A DNA stretch of 64,000 bases from the human T2T-CHM13v2.0 reference genome, Homo sapiens: assembly GCF_009914755.1 (NCBI RefSeq), contig NC_060944.1, one strand, 5' to 3'. Every line of letters begins with the position of its first letter. The first letter of the stretch is position 1. The notes under the pieces are model-generated. The model worked only from the letters and a program-made list of their open reading frames with translations, did not search any database and was not told the origin of the DNA. The position numbers and the translations under genes were made by a program. Shown here piece after piece: positions 1 through 19,478 of the stretch.

Positions 1-102
1 ACCTACACATATCAGGAATAGTTGGTCACCCAAAAGGAAATTAAATTGCATAAGAAGGAGAAGAAATGAATATGAAATTGTCCATAAACAAGTGCAATTA
101 CA

Positions 103-431
<329 letters not shown>

Positions 432-757
432 TTACGGTCTATCCATTGGGCCTCTCAACATACTTTATATCCTTGTTCACAGGCATGTTCTTCCAAAACT
501 CCTCTCTACTGATGTGGTATAGCAGTTCCATATGCAACCAACAATGTGCACACACACATACACACACACACCTCTATGGTTTGTAGTCATACTGTGTGTG
601 ACCTCAGGGAGGTTCACTTTTCTGAGCTTCAGAATCGTCTTTTGTAAAAGATGGGTAAGATTCGTCATGGGGAAGAATAAATAAGTTAATGAATGTAAAG
701 TGCTTTGCACTGTGTCTGGTACATAGAATTAACATGCGTCATATAAAATAGTGCTGT

Positions 758-3451
758 TATTCCAAAAAATAGGGAGGAGGGAATACTTCCAAACTCATTC
801 TATGAGGCCAGTATTACTCCAATACCAAAACCAGACAAAGACACATCTAAAAAAGAAAACTACAGGCCAATATCTCTGATGAATATGGATGCAAAACTTC
901 TTAACAAAATACTAGCAAACTGAATTCAACAATACATTAAAAAGATCATTCATCATGACTAGGTGGGATTTATCTCTGGGATGCAAGGATAGTTCAACAT
1001 ATGCAAATCAATCCATTCTGTTGTGATACATCACATCACATACATCACATCAACAGAATGAAGGACAAAAACCATATGGTCATTTCAATCGATATTGAAA
1101 ATGCATTTGATAAAAGTCAACTTCCACTCACGATTAAAAACCCTCAAAAAACCAGGTATAGAAGGAACATACCTCAACATAATAAAAGCCATATATAACA
1201 GACCCACAGCTAGTATCATATGGAATGGGAAAAAACTGAAAGCCTTTCCTCTAAGATCTGGAACACAACAAGGATGCCCACTTTCGCCACTGTTATTCAA
1301 CGTAGTACTGGAAGTCCTAGCTAGAGCAATCAGGCAACAGAAAGAAATACAGCGCATCCAAATTGGAAAGGAAGAAGTCAAATTATCCTTGTTTGTCGAT
1401 GATATAATCTTATATTTGGGAAAACCTAAAGACTCCACCACAAAACTATTAGAACTGATAAACAAATTCAATAAGATTGCAGGATACAAAATCAACATAT
1501 GAAAATCAGTAGCATTTCTATATGCCAACAGTGAACAATCTGAAAAAGAAATTTAAAAATAATCCCATTTAAAATAGCTAAAAATAAAATTAAATATCTA
1601 AGAACTAATTTAACCAAAGAAATACAAGATCTCTATAATGAAAACTATAAAATATAAAGTGAAAGAAATTGAAGAGGACACCAAATAATGGAAAGATACT
1701 CCCAAAGCAATATACAGATTCAGTGCAATCCCTATCAAAATATCATTGACATTCTTCACGGAAATAGAAAAAACAATCCTAAAATTTATGTGGAACCACA
1801 AAAGACCCAGAATAGTCAAAACTATCCTAAACAAAAAGAACCAAACTGGAGTAATCACATTACCTGACTTCAAATTATACTACAGAGCTATAGTAACCAA
1901 AACAGCATGTTACTGACATAAAAACAAATACATAGAACAATGGAACAGAATAGAGAACCCAGAAACAAATCTGCACACCTACAGTGAACTCATTTTTGAC
2001 AAAGGTGCCAAGAACATACACAGGGGAAAAGATAGTCCAATAAATGGTGATGGGAAAACTGGATATCCATATGCAGAAGAATGAAACTAGACCCCTATCT
2101 TTTGCCATATACAAAAATCAAATTTAAATGAATTAAAGACTTGAATCTAAGACTTTAAACTATGAAACCACAGCAATAAAACATTGGGGAAACTCTCCAG
2201 GACTTCGGTCTGGGCAAAATTTCTTGAGTAATACCCAACAAGCACAGGCAACCAAAGCAAAAATGGACAAATGAGATCACATCAAGTTAAAAAGCTCTTG
2301 CACAGCAAAGCAAACAATCAACAAAGTGAAAAGACAACCCACAGAATGGGAGAAAATATTTGCAAACTATCCATCTGATGAGGGATTAACAACCAGAATA
2401 TATAAGAAGCTAAGACAACTATATAGAACAAAATCTAATAATTTGATTTTAAAACATGCAAAAAGATTTGAATAGACGTTTCTCAAAAGAAGATGGCATA
2501 CAAATGGCAAACAGGTATATGAAAATTGCTCAACATCATTGATCATCAGAGAAATGCAAATCAAAACTACAATGAGGTATCATCCCACCCCAGTGAGCAT
2601 GGCTTTTATCCAAAAGACAGGCAATAACAAATGCCAGCGAGGATGTGGAGAAAAAGGAACCCTTTTACGCTGTTGGTGGGAATGTGAATTAGTACAACCA
2701 CTATGGAGAACAGTTGGGAGGTTCCTCAAAAAACTAAATATAGATCTACCATATGACCCAGCAATCCCACTACTAGATCTATACCCAAAAGAAAGGAAGT
2801 CAGTATATGGAAGAGATCATCTGCACTCCCATGTTTGTTGCAACACTCTTCACAATAGCCAAAGTTTGGAAGCAGCCTAAGTGTCCATCAACAGATGAGT
2901 GGATAAAGAAAATGTGGTACTTACACACAATGGAATACTGCTCAGCCATAAAAAAGAATGAGATGTTGTTATCTGCAACAACATAGATGGAACTGGAGGT
3001 CAGTATGCAAAGGGAAATAAGCCAGACACAGAAAGACAAACATCACATGCTACACTTATTTGTGAGATCTAAAAATCAAAACAATTCAACGAATGGAGAC
3101 AGAGAGTGGAAGGATGTTTATCAGAGGCTCAGAAGGGTAGTGGTGGGGGGTGGGGGTGGGGGGGGTTGGTTAATAGGTACAAAAACATAGTAAGAATGAA
3201 TAAGACCTAGTATTTGGTAGCACAACAGGATAACTATAGCAAATAATAATGTAACTGTGCACTTCAAAATAACTAACGGTATAATTGGATTGTTTGTAAC
3301 ACAAAAGACAAATGCTTGAGGGGATGGATACTCCATTCTCCATTATGTGATTATTATACATTGCATGCCTGTGTCAAAACATCTGAAGTGCCCCATAAAT
3401 ATATACACCTACTATGTACCCACAAAAATTAAAATGAAAAATAAAAATAGA
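758..3451 (+). mobile_element. 5'-truncated LINE-1 (L1MA-like): ORF2 RT/C-terminal remnant plus 3' UTR
   Basis: ORF 1095-1502 encodes [18 protein letters not shown]...[11 protein letters not shown] (RT motifs). The element has stops and frameshifts, an A-rich tail, and TSD ataaaatagtg at 743-753 and 3452-3462. Confidence 0.95.
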
Positions 3452-4359
3452 ATAAAATAGTGTTATGTTAGGGGCCGGGAGTTGTGGATTCACCCTCCAA
3501 ATACACAGGCTTAACTGTTGGACTGGACTTGGTTCATCTCTCTGGGACTTTCCAGTGGATCTTCCAAGGACTTCAAGCATTCACTTCCTTCCTCTCTCTC
3601 TCTGGCAAATGAATAACTGAATCATGTGCCAATTGCTACACTAAATTTTGAGAAATAACCAAATCCATCACTAGTCTTACATATATGGTGGAGTGAGAAA
3701 ATGGGGAAGGGCTGTGGAAATGGGCTCTGTTACTGGTTCGCTGTGCAGCTCTCTGCATGGGGCCACAGTTTCCTCAGCATAAAATGGTGATTATATAATC
3801 TCTCCTCATGAGGCTCTTGTAAGAATCCAGTGAAATAATGCATTGAAAGGGTTTAACACAGTGCTTGGCATATAACAGGTTCTCAGCAAATGGAAGCTCT
3901 GCCTGTGATTTTGAGATTTCCAGGCCTAAGTGCCAGGACACCTCACCAGGGGACATGCTTACTTGGAGGAAGGGAGTTGCCTAATTTAAGCAGGATGTCA
4001 TGGGATTCAGAATGCATTCATTCAATCATTTAATACATATTTATTTGCTCCTAGTATGAGGATGCTAAATACTTGGCAGGTGTGCATATACTCATCCCTC
4101 CCATACCCATGACAGATGTCACTAATCCATCATGGAACTTTCTGCTGAACCTAGAAACTGCCCCAGAGTCCTCCTCAATAGAAAGTGCAGGCAGCTGCTA
4201 CCAATCAATACATGTTGACATGAAGACGATGCTTATTCACCATCTGAAGTTCACAATGTATGAGGAAATGGGCTCCAGAGGCAGAAGCCTCCAGAGACAG
4301 AAGGCTTGGGTTTGCATTTTGCCATAGGTCCTTATGATAATGTGTAGGCACTAAAGGAG

Positions 4360-4790
4360 CGTATCAGCCTTGGAGTGGACCACTCAGATCTCCCTTCAAG
4401 ACAGAGTCTGTGAGCTGCAGATGTCTTCAGGATCTGCTTCAGCTTTTGAGCTGAGGCCACCTGCTTCCTGGGCAGCCTGCAGCTAAACACACTGTGAATG
4501 AGGTTTCGTTATTTCTGCCTAATATAGGATTTCTCTATGAATAATCTTTGTGCCAGAGTCCCCTGTTGGGCTGGCCAAGACCTTCTCAGAGCTGCGCCAC
4601 AGTCTGAAGCTCTTGCTACCCAATCCTTCTTCATTCCCCCTCTCCTTTCCTAGTCAGACCTGCGTCAACATCCAAAGGCTCCCCTTTTTTCTCCTGCTCC
4701 CTCTCCCCATTATCCTTTGCAGGCATTACCCCCATGCATCTCTTGGCATTCTTAACTCTGTCTTTGGCCTCTGTTTCTCAGAGGACACAG
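4360..4790 (+). mobile_element. Old ERVL LTR (LTR16-like)
   Basis: Resembles the LTR16 consensus from memory (cctacccaatcct..., tcttggcattcttaactctgtc...gaggac). Confidence 0.5.
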
Positions 4791-4907
4791 GTGACCTCAG
4801 CACTGAGCTGCAGAAGACTGGGCTGGAAAGGAGTGGTCCTCATCTTCTCTGATGGGGAGAATAGGGGTGGCACAGAGGTTATTGTGAGTGCTAGGGGCAA
4901 AGAGTGA

Positions 4908-5288
<381 letters not shown>

Positions 5289-6583
5289 TGACAGAAACTC
5301 AACTCAATCTCAAAGTAAAAAGGGACTTTAAGCGCCTTATAATGGAGAAGTGGTGCCGGAGCTCTGTCATCATTCTAATAGCTTCTTCCCTATGACTAGA
5401 GAAGTTGGCCTCCAGGCCTATAAGGTCTCAAGCTGGCAATAATAGTATAAAGACATCATCAAAATAGTAATCTCAGGGAAGACCCTGATTGGCTTTGCTT
5501 GGGTCACATGTCAATTCTTGAACCAATCACTGTGACCAAGGTAATGAAGATATTCTGATTGGCTGGAATAGATTCTATGCCCACCCCTGGGTGGGAGCAC
5601 ATGATGATGGCTCTACCAGGGCTGCATAGAGAGAGGAGAAGCTCTCCAAAACAAACAGGGGGATGGGAACACAAGGTAAACAACAAAACCTTTGGTGATC
5701 ATTATCCACTTCAGAAACACGGAGAAGGAAAAAGACAAAAAAGACAGCTTCTTCTCTCAATGACCTCCTCTTTTCACAGGGGAAAATCTGATGTTTAAAT
5801 GTTTCCTGATGAGGTCCTAGGATGGGCTTTGGGGAGTGACCTGTGGGTAGGTTAGGGACCTCAAACACTGTCTCACCCTTTCCTAGGATGCCCACAATCT
5901 CGGTGGGAAGGATGAGATGGAAATAACCTATGGAAATAAAACCTCTTAGAGCTCCTAAAAAAGACTGAAAACTTACCTTGTTTAACTGTCCTGATTTATG
6001 CCAGGGAGCTTCACCCAGGGAGGAGTGACTCACGTTGTCACACTGTCCAGCCAGGACAACAATCTGTTATACTTCATCTGTCCTTAAATCGGCCTCTTGA
6101 TGGAGCAGCCTGTGCTGTATAAGCGGAGACCTTGAGTTCAGGCCCCTCTCTACCCACTAACTCCGTGAGGCATCTTGGGGGTTTGCCTGAATTCTCAGAA
6201 CCTCAGTTTTCTACCTGTAAAATGGAACCCATAACCTCTGCTTTGCCTGTTTCCCGTCTGCTGTGAGGCAACAACACACGCATTTGTCACGTCTCACTAG
6301 GGATGGAGGTCATAAGATGCATTTATTGAGTGTCCACTCTGTGCCAGAGACAGCGTGCTGGATGCTGGCCATATCAGGGTGAACATGACAGACAGTCCCT
6401 GCCTTCATGTAGCTCACAGTCTAGAAGAGAGTCAGATCTTAATAATGAGTGCCTTATACAAATGGTGGTAAGGTCTTAAAGGGGAAAAAAGAGCACAAAT
6501 CAATGGAACCCACTGGAGGTCCAGGAGGGTGGCCCTGAGGGCTTAAGCTGGGATTCAAAGAGAAAACATAAGAAGTCAGGGAA

Positions 6584-7315
<732 letters not shown>

Positions 7316-8461
7316 TCAGGGGACATAGAGGGCTGTGTAGCTCCCCCCAGCACATCCCTGAGCCTCTGGAGAAGTCCTTCATCTCTGGAGTTTCTCTTTC
7401 CCTTCCAGTCCAGCCCTTTCTTGTTATTGTAGGACAGACTCCATCGATGACTCATTCAGGACTTGGGTTTCTTGTTCCAGCAGTCTCCCTTCCCCTGATT
7501 ACTTTGGGCTCCTCTGGGCCTGCAGGCCTCGCCCCTCATCATCTGGGGAGGCAGCCAAGAACCTTGCTGGCTGGGTGAGCTCTACGGAGGAAGGAGCCGG
7601 GACCCTCCTAGCTTCAGGCCCCACCCATGCTTTCCTGCCTCTGGTTTTGCTCTCCTCTTTCCCCCGCCAGGGGACCCCTGTTCTGCAAGTCCTGCTCCTC
7701 CTTCCAGGACCACCTCCCCTGGGAAGCCCTGCTAGGTGGCCCCGCACAATCTTCTCCACCCTGCTCAGTGGCACCTGTCTTTTTATTCAACCCCCAGGAG
7801 CCCACCTTCTGGTGAGTGAGGCAGGGGTGTATTGATGGAACTACAGACACAAATATGGTAGGAACCTAGAGGAGGGAACCAATAACACCCCCTAGAGATT
7901 GGGTCAGATGAGGTTTCCCAGAGAAAGGGACATTTACACCTGGGTTTTGAAGGAGGAATAGAAGTTCATCATGGGGAGAAAAATAAGAAGGCATTCCAAG
8001 CCAAAGAAACAGTGTGTGCAAGTTATTTCTGTAATGCATGAAAGGGGCCCAGTGCATGTAAATGTTTGTTGAATGAATCAATGTTTGGGGGAACATTGAG
8101 AAATTTGGTGTGGCTGCATCAGAGCTTGCAAACTGTCAGTGGATAGGCCAAATCAGGCAAAGAGAAGGTTAAAAAAAAAAGTGAAAATGGAATTAATTCT
8201 CAACATCTAAAAATTGGGAGGCTTCACAGACACTCCGGAGCTGGGCAGCATCCTCTGCCTTTAGGCGCATGCTATCCAGCTCACCAGAGTCCCCACCTGG
8301 CTCAGTTTACTCATTCATGCTACTCCTTGGGCCCTGTGGACATTTGAATTTGCACCCCTACCTACTTGTTATACTCCTCAAGGTTCTGGACTGTGAGCTA
8401 CTCACAGGGCCAGGCACACAGCAGGTGCCTAATACATCTTTGTTGGCTAAGTGGATAGATG

Positions 8462-8996
8462 GTGTGATGATTTTAAAATATGTCCCCAAATTTCTTAACA
8501 CTCTGGAGCCCCCTTCAGTGTGGGCTGAACTTAAAGACTCCCCTGTAGACAGCCAAATGTAGAAGAAGTAATAGCTTGTGATTTCAGAAACTAGGTCACA
8601 AAAGACACTGTGGCTTCTGCCTGGCTGTTTCTTGGATTGCTTGCTATGGGGAAAGCCAGCTGCCATTTTGTTAGGATACTCAAACAGCCCTGTGGAAACA
8701 CCCAGGTGGCGAGGAACTGAGGCTTCTTCTTGCCAATGGCCGGCACCAACTTGCCAGCCATGTGAGTGAGTCACCTTGGAAGCAGCTTCTCCAGCCCAGT
8801 CTAGCCTTAGATGATTGCAGCCCAAGCTGACAGCTTGACTGCAACCTCATGAGAGACCCTGAGTTACAACCACCCAGTGAGGCTGCTTCCAAACACCTGA
8901 TCTACAGAAACTGTGTGAAACAATAAATGTTTATTGTTGTCTCAGATGCTGAGTTATGAAATAATTTGTTATGTTACGCATCAATAGATAACTAAT
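8462..8996 (+). mobile_element. MaLR LTR (MLT1F-like)
   Basis: Typical MLT1 3' end (acagaaactgtgtga...aataaatgtttattgttg...atagataactaata) and gagaccctgag motif. Confidence 0.75.
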
Positions 8997-11310
8997 ATGG
9001 ATGGATGGCTGGGTATCTGGATGGCTGGATAGATTTATATAGAGCGCATTAGGTAATGGAGGAAGTCCCATTGGGAAAGAGGGTCAGAGCCTGGAGAGCC
9101 AGAAGAAGTTTGTAATCCCTGGTCATCTCTAAGCTTTAGGGAGGTTATTCAGGCAGCCAGAGGAGGAGAGAGTTAGTGAGTTTTGAAGCCAAGAGGTCAT
9201 CAGAGGCTAGACCACTCATCCTGGGGAGACAGCCTGCCCTGTGTCTCCAAATCCAGCTTCCTCAAGCAGCAGTTCATACTAGTCCTTCCTACCCTGAGGT
9301 CCTGGCTCCATCATTCCTCGGCCCCAGCTGGCCCTCAGAATTGTGGAGGAGGTCAAGACTTCAGCATTTTTCAGAAGCCAAGTCATCCTCCTCACTCAGA
9401 GTCTTCTTTGTGTGGAGGAAGCAGTTTCTCGACTGGTGGGGGACTCAGGGCAGGGTCAGTAGCCTTCAGGAACCAGAGGAGGGTATTGAGAAGCTGGGAC
9501 CCTCTGTGGAGACCCTGCTGGCCCCAAAGGCATGGTGGAGAGCCACAGCCACCAAACATCCATAGGATTAGGTCAGCCCTAAGATCCAGTATATTGGTAT
9601 TGTTTGAAATGACCCAACACATGTCCTCGGGAAACATATGTACAATGGGCCTGGCACATATGAGAATTTTTTAAGTAAATCAAAACTGCACTGAAATGCC
9701 ATTTTTCATCTATCACATTGGCAAAATTTCAAAAGCTTGACAATACCTGCTGGTGAGGCTTTGAGCAAATAGCTACTCTTATAAATTGTCAATAATGCCT
9801 GTTGGCAATAAAACTTCTAGGAAGGAATTTGTAATATAGAACAAAACAGGATATGCATTTACTCTTTGATCCAGGATATTTACTTCTAGGATTTATCCTA
9901 AAGATATAATTCCACAAATATGAAAAATGTGTATGCAAGGTTATTTATTGAGGAATTATTTATAATACAAAATGTTGAAAATACACAAATGCCCATCTGT
10001 AGAAAACTGGATGAATAAACTATGGTACCACATGAGAGAATGTTATGCAGCCATGAAGGCAAGAAGGAAGATCTCTGTAAACCTACAGGGAGTGATTTCC
10101 AGCATATATTGTTAAACAACAAAATAAGGTAAAAGCAAAATAAAGGACTACCTATACTATGCAAACTTTTAAGAAAATAAAAAAGAAAACATTTATTTAT
10201 TTACATACATATTTAAATAATTATGCAAAAGAAACCCAGGAAGGATAAATCGGAAACTTATTGCAAATGGTTACTCATAAGAAGTTAGTGGGAATATCAA
10301 TGGAGAAGAAAGAGATGGGAGTGAGATTCCTCTGAATATATTTGTACAGGATTTTTGACTTTTTAACCATGCAAATATTTTACATTCTCAAAAATAAAAT
10401 TAAATAAAAAGATAAAAATGTAAACTGTAAACTTATAAACAAAGAGTAAAGAGATGAGCTTAACTAAATGTCAAATAATAATATAGCCACACAAAGAAAA
10501 TAATTTAAGTAAGTGTAACCACAGGAGTCTAGGTATTTAGTGTTATAATTCTAAAACTACTATCTCTGTGTTGTATGATGGAAGAAATGAGTAAATGTGC
10601 TGATGTTTTGGGACTCAGCGTTCTCACTATGGGAAAAGGAAGTCAAAAATATGGAGTGGAGGAAGGATCTGTGGCTATGGCTATGAGTGTTAACTGGAGA
10701 CATTGATATGAGCAGACCAGGGAAAAGCAACATACCTATAGCAATTAGCACACCCAGGGCCCAGATCTTGTCTCCTAAATGCCATCATTCCCTACTAAAC
10801 AGAACTAGTGTCCTTAGAAAAATGGCTGATTCCAGGATTGGGCAGGGAAAGTGAATGGTGAACCTGAAGCATCTCATGTCAAAATGCAAGGAAACACTCA
10901 ATGAATGATGAGGCCAAGTCTAAAGGAGCCAACTTAAAGGGGCTCCCACTAGCCAAAGTCCAGACAATTTGATTCTCAAGAGAAGAACGATGAGGTTTCT
11001 CACTGTTGGAGTGAGAGATTACCAACAAGCAAGGGACTAGAATGATCCATGTGGCAATGGATTTGACTTGGAGACAGTAGCTTCCCAATGCAGATAGGTA
11101 AGTTGATAGATAGTTGCATACAGAAATGTTTATAGGTATGTGTATATAAAGAAGTTCATATATACATATATTTTCTTGTTCTATCAGCTGAGAACACTTA
11201 GAAGCACTGACATTGCAGTAGCAACAAGCACACTTAACATCCAGGTTTTGGTGTCTAATTCCATTCTCCAGTAAAAGAAAACAGGGATCCCTGGAGAAAT
11301 GGCTGATTCA

Positions 11311-11720
<410 letters not shown>

Positions 11721-12232
11721 TTAAAAAAACAAAGAAATCCACAATGATGGAAGGATGTGAAAGGGCCACAGAAAACAACTGAAAGAGCTTCTAATGACCA
11801 AAGCTGGATGGAACAACTTGAACAAGAAAATAAAGCATACACTGATATAAATAAATGAGTGCATAAATAAACAGTCACTTGTCCCTTATTGACAGGGATG
11901 CTTTCTGATAAATGCATTGTTACAGGGATATGTTCTGATAAATGCACTGTTAGGCAGTTTCGTCATTGTGTGAACGTCAGTGTACTTACACAAACCTAGG
12001 TGGTATAGCCAGCTACACATCTAGGCTATATGGTATAGCCTAGTGCTCCTAGGCTACAAACCTGTACACTGTGTTATTGTACTGAATACTGCAGGCAATT
12101 GTAACATAATGGTAAGTATTTGTGTATCTAAATATACAAAAGGAACCATTAACATACACTTACCATGAATGAAGCTTGCAAAACAGGAAGTTGCTCTGGG
12201 TGAGTCAGTGAGTGAGTCGTGAGTGAATGTGA

Positions 12233-12616
<384 letters not shown>

Positions 12617-12852
12617 CTAAAAATATTTTTCTTTCTTTAATAATAAATTAAACTTAGCCGTAAATTTTTTTACTTTCTAAACTTTTTAATTTTTAAAACT
12701 TTTGACTCTTTTGTAATAGCAACTTAAAACACCAACACATTAAACCAGTGTACAAAAATATTTTCTTTCTTTATATCTTTATTCCATAAGCTTTTTTCTA
12801 TTTTTAAATTTGTTTTAATTTTTAAACATTTTTGTTAAAAACTAAAATGGAA

Positions 12853-13172
12853 GGCCAGATGCAGTGGCTGGTGCCTATAATCCCAGCACTTTGGGAGGCA
12901 GAGGCAGGAGGATAGTTTGAGGGCAGGAGGATAGTTTGAGGCCAGGAGTTCAAGACCAGCCTGGGTAACATAGCAAGACTATCTATTAAAAGAAAAATTA
13001 GCTGGGCATGGTGATGCATGCCTGTAGTCTCAGCTAATCTGGAGGCTGATATAGGAGGATGGCTTCAACCCAGGAAGTCAAGACTGCAGTGAGCTAGGAT
13101 CCCTCCACTGCCTTCCAGCCTGGGCCACAGAGTGACACCTTGTTGCTAAAAATTAAAACAAAAAATAAAAAT
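12853..13172 (+). mobile_element. Alu (AluJ-like) inside the Tigger
   Basis: Alu consensus with an internal tandem duplication of gcaggaggatagtttgagg. Confidence 0.9.
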
Positions 13173-13177
13173 AACTA

Positions 13178-13544
<367 letters not shown>

Positions 13545-15301
13545 CTATCACCTCCACATCTTGTCCTACCGGAAGGTCTAGGCAATGGGAATTTCTCAGC
13601 TCCATTATAATCTTACGGGACCACCATCGTTGTTGACCGAAGTGTTATTATGCAGCACATGGCTGTAAGTGTGAGAGATTAGGCAAATTTCCTGTGCAGA
13701 AGAATTCCAAATAGTTTATGTAGATACTTCACCCCCAAGAAGACACAGCATAAATAAATAACTTCCACTCCTAAAGTGTGGACTGCACATAGTGACTTCC
13801 TTCCAAAAGTTACAGTATGGGAAAGAGGAGAAAGAGTAACTTTACCGTGGAGAAATCTGACAAATATGACCTCGGCCAGGTGATCAAGGCCAATATCAAC
13901 AGTAATAAATTGTGTTAATGCTACATACTCTTGATATGCTGTGTAAGGATGGGGCGCTTCAGATACAGGCTGCCTTAGACATCTCTATTCTGCCCCCACC
14001 TGCCTTGCAAAGATGTCCTCAGGGAGAGAGTAACTGTCTTCTCCAGGGCCACACAGCATGCTGGGAGGGGCAAATACCTGACTGGCCTCTTCACAGCATC
14101 AACAGAGTTACCACACCTATTTCACAGAGAAGGTAAGGGGGACCCTGAGGGCTTGTACAATTTGCCCACATCCCCTTACAGTGGTCCAGCTGCAAAAAAA
14201 AAAAAAAATAGTAGAGGGGCTCCCCAAACCACACACACCCCAAATAGCCACAGCTTAGCTCAGCTTCCTCCCATCCCTGGATTCTCAGCACTGAGATGTC
14301 TCCCTCCCCGACATTCTAGCTTCCTCTCCCTCTTTTCCCACAGGGACGGCCCCTTTCCCTCTATGGCCCCACTTCAGAGCTCTGGGGCTACCCAAGGACA
14401 CCCCAGGCCTCTTCCTTACGGTATGAACAAAACTGGGCAGATGCTATGGCGGTGGCGCCACGGAGGGGGCCGGGGTCATGTTGCGGCCTCACGCAACAGG
14501 CGGCTGGGAGCTTAAGTCATGGTGAAAGGGCTAAATTGTCCTGTGCAGCTGTGCTTGTTTTTCTTCCCCGTTTCAGTCCGCAGCCCTGATAGGGGAGGGG
14601 GTAAGCTGGAGGCGGTCACTTTTTTTCCTGCCTGTGTTCCCCCATCCCAGGGAGTCCTCCAAGACTGTCCTCCAGGAGCCTACACGTGCTGCTTTCACCT
14701 GGTTTCTTATAAAGCAGAGTCTCGGGTCTGCGGAGTGGGAATGGGTCTTCATGGATCTAGCTGTTGAAACATCAGAATGATCCATGGGGGTGCAATCCAG
14801 GCAGACATCTGCCTCCCCCAATAGGATTAGAACCCCAGGGGCTAGGAGCAGAATTGCAGTGTTAATAAACACAGATGGTTAGTTAGACCCAGCTTGACTA
14901 TACAGATTGAGAAAAACTGGGGCCCAGAGAGGGACAGAGATTGCTCAGGGTCACTGAATAAGACCTATGGCTAAACCTAAGCTAACTCCATTCATTCATT
15001 CATTCATTCATTCATTCATTCATAAAAACATTCACTCAGCATTGACTACTTCCGGCCCTTTGCCAAGGGTTTAGCAGGGCGGGAGTTGGCTCACAAGATG
15101 CTCACAATAAGCAAGCATGTATACAACAAACATCCTTCAAAAGTGCAGTGACAAGTACTGCAATTGAGATGTCTGAGATACCACAGGAGCCCAGGAAGGG
15201 TACTTGACCAGGCAGAGGGGAAGTGGTCAGGGAGGGATGCCTAGGGGAGCTGATAACACAAGCAGAATCCTAAAGGAGCCATAGAATATATCTATGCAAA
15301 T

Positions 15302-15615
15302 GGCCAGGCACTGTGGCTCATGCCTATAATCTCAGTACTTTGGGAGGCTGAGGCTGCAGGTTGTTTGGGAGGCCAGAAGTTTGAAACCAGCCTGAGGAAG
15401 GAGTTGGTTGAACTTGTTTGTTTGAGACCAGAGAAGCAAGACGTCATCTCTACAGAAAATACAAAATTAGCTGGGCATGGTGGTGTGCACCTAGCTACTT
15501 GGAAGGCTGAGGTGGGAGGATGGCTTGAGTCTAGGTGGTTGAGGCTTCAGTGAGCTATGATTGTGCCCCTGCACTTCAGCCTGGGCAACAGAGTGAGACT
15601 CCATCTCTGGAAAAT
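15302..15615 (+). mobile_element. Degenerate Alu (AluJ-like)
   Basis: Both Alu arms are recognisable, with a rearranged middle. Confidence 0.85.
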
Positions 15616-16273
15616 ATGTGTACAAATAATTTTTTTAATTAAATGAAAATTTGAAAAACAAAGGAGGAAGGACCCTCCAGGCAGGAGGATCAGCATGAGC
15701 AGAGGTTTGGAGGTAAGAGCGGTGTGGGTGGGCAGCAAAAAGCAGTTCAGTGTTGCAGGAGCCCAGATTTGTGTGGCAGGAAGAGGCAAGAAGTTTATTG
15801 CACCTGCTGAGTGCTTACTATATGCAGGGCCCTATTCAGGCACTGGGTTTAGGCACCATGAGCAAATGTACACAAAGCCCCTGCCCTCATGGCTCTTCCA
15901 TTCTAGGGGAAAGACAAGAAAAAAACCAAACCAATAAGCAAACCAAGGCATAATATTCATGAGGAGGTAAGTGCTGAGGGGGGAAATAATGCAGAGTAAG
16001 GGGCTCCTATTTCATGACAGGTAGCCAGAAAAGGCGTCTTGATGAACACATCCTTAGCGGAGACCTGAAGGAGGCAAGGTAGTGAGTGGCGAAGCATTTG
16101 GGTAAAGCATGTTCAAGGAGGAGGGAGCAGTGAGCACAAAGGTCCTGAGGCCTGAGCAAGGTGAGGCTGGAGAAGGTTGGCAGGAGCCAGTTCAAAAAAG
16201 GACCTTACATGACATGCTAAGAAGTCACTTTCCTCTTCTTCTAGTAAAGTATAAGAAGCCAGTGTTGGGGCTT

Positions 16274-18889
<2,616 letters not shown>

Positions 18890-19478
18890 GACTTAGAAAA
18901 CAATACCCCAAAATGAAGGCCTCAGAAGTGAGTTTCTTCTCTGACCCCCTCCTGCCCTCCTAGCTCTCAGTCCTATTCCTGAAGGCTAGCCATAGAAACT
19001 AGCATGTGCTATAGAAACCAGAACCTCTTCTCCCCAAAGCTAGTCATAAAACCTAAAAATACTACTCTAATTTTCCCTCCAACTTTCTGTATAAAAACTG
19101 GCCATAAAGAAATGATCTTTCCTTTGACTGTAGGTCATAAGACCCCCCATTCCAGAAAAGGTCCTGCCCCATCCCCAGAAGGAAGGAGCACTGCTCAGAG
19201 AGGCCAAGAATAATCTAGATAGGCGGGTCATGCTGGGTTCCCACTCATTCTATCAGCATTCGATCAGACCTTTTTGTCCAGTCGTATTTCTACATGGCTG
19301 TTTATACTTCATGGAACCTAAGCATAAAAATGAACAATTTCCTCTGTATCTTTGGGTCTTCATTCTAAAGACTCCCGTGAATACACATTAAATACATTTG
19401 TGTACCTTTTCTCCAGTTAATGTGCCTTTTGCAAGGTGATTTTTCAGAGAACCTTTAGGGGGCTCTCCCTTGGCCCCA
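18890..19478 (+). mobile_element. MER39-like ERV1 solo LTR (its first ~11 bp lie at 16263-16273)
   Basis: tgttggggctt (16263) joins agaaaacaataccccaaaatgaaggcctcagaag (18895) to give the MER39 5' end as I recall it. Confidence 0.7.

Noticed and set aside
1095-2880. Reverse-transcriptase-like ORFs as an active or novel RT system
   Set aside because: These are fragments of a 5'-truncated, frameshifted LINE-1 ORF2 lacking ORF1, the endonuclease domain and the promoter.
10739-11310. Two similar ~100-bp blocks ending in gaaatggctgattc
   Set aside because: Most likely the internal repeats of an old L1M 3' UTR rather than a locus-specific duplication.
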